From Macrostomum lignano (Eukaryota), in contig NIVC01003411.1 in the NCBI GenBank assembly GCA_002269645.1, positions 1 through 64,000 of the forward strand: 64,000 bases of DNA. The letters run 5' to 3'. The translations under genes were made by a program, and so were the position numbers. The notes below the pieces were generated by a model. It worked only from the letters and a program-made list of their open reading frames with translations, had not been told where the DNA came from and did no database searches. Positions 59,963 through 64,000 of this stretch are shown one piece after another (position 1 is the first letter of the stretch; the number at the start of each line of letters is the position of its first letter).

Positions 59963-62820
59963 ACTGGCTAAGGTCTATTGTTACAAGCAATTAAAAATGA
60001 TGCTTATTGCTTATACATGAAAATCAAGTGTTGCTAGCCATAGTAAATGCTGATGCAACCCCTAAGCCACAGCCTAAAGCCAGACTCTACTCGTACCTCT
60101 GCAAGGTCATGGCATTTGGTGGGACTAAAGGTATAATCTTCTACAAGTTGCTGCCACCCAACATTGATTATGGCTGACCTGTATTATCAGTAGCTAGATA
60201 GATTGGCTGCTGTAATTGCATAAAAGCAACTAAATCATGATCTAGTCCAATTCTTGCATAATAATATTCACCCTACATTGCCAAGGTGACTCGCCAAAGC
60301 TGGGAACTAGTGCTTTACTTCCCATACTCCCCCAACTTGGCAACTACTATCTATTCTTAGCCTTGCCTAATGCTTTAAGGAGCAAAAGTTTTGCTAATAA
60401 AGAAGCCCCAGATAACTGGCTCAACAATTATTTGTCTTAAACCTAAAAAAATTTTACACTAATAATATTATGACTCTGCCTAAAAAATGTTAACTAATTT
60501 GGAGCAATTATATTTTGTTTTGTAAAAGTCTTTCCATATATTCTTTTAAAAACTTTTTTGAGATGGAAGAAAATTCTAGAAATTGCAAGAACATTCTTAA
60601 CAACTGAATATTTCTTTGCTACTATACGCTTTCTTTTAGGTTGTTTCGGCCTAGATGCCCAATAATATAAATATGTTTTTTTAAACTAAAGTCCCTTCTA
60701 TAAAGTTTAGGCTACTAAATGAATCTTAATATTAGAAAGCTTTAAAGAATAATTGATAGCTATATAAGCAATCCAAATAAATATAGCTAGCCTAATTATT
60801 GGGTCTTAAATATAAGCTAGAGGTTAGCTAACTACTAAATTTCAAAATCTAAGATAAACTCAAAAAGGATATAGTCAATTTATCCATAAAGCTAAGGACA
60901 AGATAAAATATATTGTTATAAAACTATATTGTTAAATCTAAGGTTAAAGAAAAAAGCAACTTTTTTATGATAATCTACTGACATTATCATTAGCCAACTT
61001 ATCCCTATAGTATTATAGAAATAATTTAATGTCTTACTCTTATAGTTTTATAAGACTACTTTTCTACTTATTTGCATGGCACATTGATAAGATAGCTACT
61101 TAGTATTTTATCATTTATATCAATCAAAATACTATGGTAAATCAGCTAGGTTGCTTGTTTAAAGTGGTAGAAAAATACATGAGAGCTATTAAAGCTCTAA
61201 TATCTACATTTCTATTGTAAAATGATGCTGCATACATGTGAGCAATATAATAATTTAAAAGTAGAAAAATTGCCCATAACTCAATTGATATTAACTTAAA
61301 CATAATATGACAAGCTAGCATAGATAATAAGAAAGAAATAAATAATAAGAAAGTACAAATACAAATCAATGCTCACACTAAGTGCATCTATATACTAGTA
61401 GCTACACGACAAGTACTATGCAGATATAATAAAAATTATTTATATGATATATATATATAGATAAAGTAAGCCATAGCTATCTTGTCAATATGCCAAGTTA
61501 ATATATAGATAAGCAGAAAATTATTCCCATGTTATTATAAGAATAAAACAGAAATTATTCCTATATTTTTTCCTATAGAGATAAATACTGCCTTATTATA
61601 GCATATTAGGGGCCTATTAGAATAACCAAAAACTAAAAATTAAAGATTTATATTTATATTTATTATTTAAGATAGGCCCTAGATAATATTAAACTTAAAG
61701 TACTTTATTATTTAAATGAAGTTATTTTAGGTACCTACTTTTTGCTTTTTAGCCTTGCCTAGACTTATTGCCTAAGTAGTAATAGCCTAAATTCTAAAAA
61801 AGTATTTATACAAGTTAAAATTAGATTGAGCCTTTCTTAGCAAATCATAGGCCTAATAGAAAGATATTGCTTTCCATATACAGGCTTAGTTATAATTTAT
61901 AGAAAAAGATGCTTGATTTTGCATAAAAGTAATTAAAAAAGAAAATAAATGCCATTAAAAAGTTAAAACCAAATTAATCTTTGATTTGATGTCTATGATT
62001 AATGCCTATCTTTTTTGTTTTTGAACAAAATTCAATGAAGGATATTCATTATTTAACTAGCCAATATGAAAAAATTAGGACTTATTGTCATTTCAATGTT
62101 AGTAGGCCTAGAAGCTCAGCTTAGAGCTATCCAATTTAATGAACATTAGAAAAAATTGGCCTAACCAGTTAAAAATTTAGGCCTACTTGTTTTAATGCCC
62201 AATACTGGTTATATGATTGGGGATATAAAATACACCTTGACCTTTTCACCTTGGCTAAAGTCCACTCCTATTTTTACTAACAATGCTAGGCCCACATTAG
62301 GGCAAGACCCTATTGAATTTAAAATAGGCTATTATAACTGAAACTAGCCAGCCATGCTGTGGCTAGCCAGGGTATTTCCCAGTTCTGCCTTGGCAAACAT
62401 TTGTCCCATACAATCCATCATTTCTACTACCTGTCATGCTGTATCAGTAAGTCTAGTTAATTTTTTAAATGTATTTTTGATGCCAATTTCATTCACATCT
62501 GGACTCATTTTTGGCATTGAGCCTTGAGGTTGTAGGCGTATAGGGCCTAGCCTTTATTAAAAAGAGCACGCAGTCTTTTTAATAGAGCCTTAAACTTGTA
62601 AAATTAATTTAAAGGAAGACTCCTCTTTCTGAGGGCAAGACATTTCTTTCACTAGAACTACTTCTTCTGAAAGGCTAGGTCAAAGGCTGTTAGAAATGTT
62701 TGGGTCTTACAAAGTATACGGTAGATTTAACAGATTCAACAGTTGATTTAAATGATTAAGCTTTTCAGAAACTTTCCACAAATTTAAGGATTTTCAGAAA
62801 TTGCTATGTCAAACCTTTTT
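59960..62820. other. AT-rich, CpG-erased segment, probably a hypermutated repeat relic
   Basis: Hand scan finds 5 CpG in 59960-62520 and only 1 in 60650-62530, whereas flanks such as 62881 onward have many. Confidence 0.7.
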
Positions 62821-64000
62821 CGCTTTTCTGAAATAATTTGTTTATATTTATCAGCTGTTGTACTTTTTGCAGGAATAACTCCGTCGAGGCGTCGACCATT
62901 CAGAACCAAATCTTTAATAGGTTATGAGACGTAAGCTGCAAGGACTAAGTTAGTTAAATCGTAATAAGAAGTCTAGATTACCTTTGCGCAGCAGCTAAAA
63001 TTTTCCGATAACTACATAATGCCAAATTTCTCACGTTTCCAACGACATGTAAAGGTATCCTCTTCTCGTCATCGATAACAAAATACACGTTAGCTGACTC
63101 GCCTATCCGTGGACTTCTTAATTTGCTTTTGTTAATAAGTATAGTAATTTGAAATGACTACTGACATAATAATTAGTGTGAGTAGAGAATATTAGTCCTT
63201 GCAGAGGCAAAAACTTAAGGAGTAATAACTAATAAACTCTCTAGTGCATATGTACATGCAAACATATATTTATATTTATAGATTCTAGACTGAAACGCCT
63301 ATGGATTCTATTCTCTTCTAAAAAAGGTGCAGAATCGATCAATTTAAAAATACGAGCTCGTAGATACAAAAGCAATTTTCCTAACCTTTGCATTTTTATA
63401 TTTTTTTTACAATTAATAAATAGGAGACTGGAAAAATAATACTGAGCTTTTATTCGATATTCTACTGATAGTATAAATATAGAAAAAAAACTTTCAAGCG
63501 AAACCTCGGCTTCCTATTTGACCTTAAAATAATTCTCTTGACCTTTGTTTTTCAGTCGAATTTCAATCCCCTTTACATTGAGCAATTTCTTAGCCATGGC
63601 ACATGTACTGTACCGTCACTGGAAAATTTCTGATCGAATGTGGCAAGTTTTATGAACGAAATTGAGCCGATTACCAACTTTTAGTATATAAGAAAATGCT
63701 TAGATAGTAAAAGCAAAAATTACACGTAATGTATAAAACACTTTACTAATAATAAAGTGTATATACGTTTTTTACTATGTCCCAAACAGTACAATATCTT
63801 CTCCCGGCTCCCCCTCTTTGTACTGGTCGTTTGATCGATTGGATCACTGCAGCGGTGGCGCGATTTGTGTCTCAACTGGTTGCGGAGTGGGCTGCGGAGG
63901 TCCTCGATTACTTGACGCTCTTTAACCTCAATGCTCGGAGCTGGTCGCGACGCAGTTGTTACAAGTGCCTTCTGATTCCATGTGCTGATCGTAACGTCAG

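Noticed and set aside
63790-64000. Possible LTR/primer-binding site or start of the next gene
   Set aside because: Too short and truncated by the window edge; no clear tRNA-complementary site or ORF

Overview
Intron-rich animal genomic DNA with no prokaryotic features, CRISPR arrays or bona fide RNA genes. GC-rich exons, poly-Q/poly-S tracts and minisatellite-filled introns resemble the free-living flatworm Macrostomum; this is an inference, not provable from the sequence. Six protein-coding genes were reconstructed by hand from GT-AG splice sites and phase continuity. (1) A secreted protein with five 6-Cys EB/EGF-like modules plus a ZP domain on the minus strand (1114-19247), with a possible second signal-peptide exon at 24476-24551, two apparent single-G homopolymer frameshifts, and a 3' end probably beyond the left edge. 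(2) An RNF41/RNF151-like RING-TRAF-coiled-coil E3 ligase on the plus strand (26577-29298). Then four co-oriented minus-strand genes: (3) a Rab39-like GTPase with an intronless CDS and His in place of the catalytic switch-II Gln, (4) a coiled-coil/RING-H2 protein, (5) Rab3 and (6) a CLK/LAMMER kinase. More than 30 tandem arrays occur, at least one in almost every intron; they explain nearly all the long ORFs in the supplied track. Mobile elements: a CORE-type SINE, a hAT MITE with perfect TIRs and 8-bp TSD, a second fold-back MITE, a LINE 3' fragment, and a roughly 2.9-kb segment almost free of CpG. I see no convincing wholly new system. The best leads are the Rab39 Q-to-H substitution, the CpG-erased relic, the dual signal-peptide ZP gene, and intronic satellites built from AP-1, kappaB/TTAGGG and splice-site motifs. 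Array boundaries are approximate.
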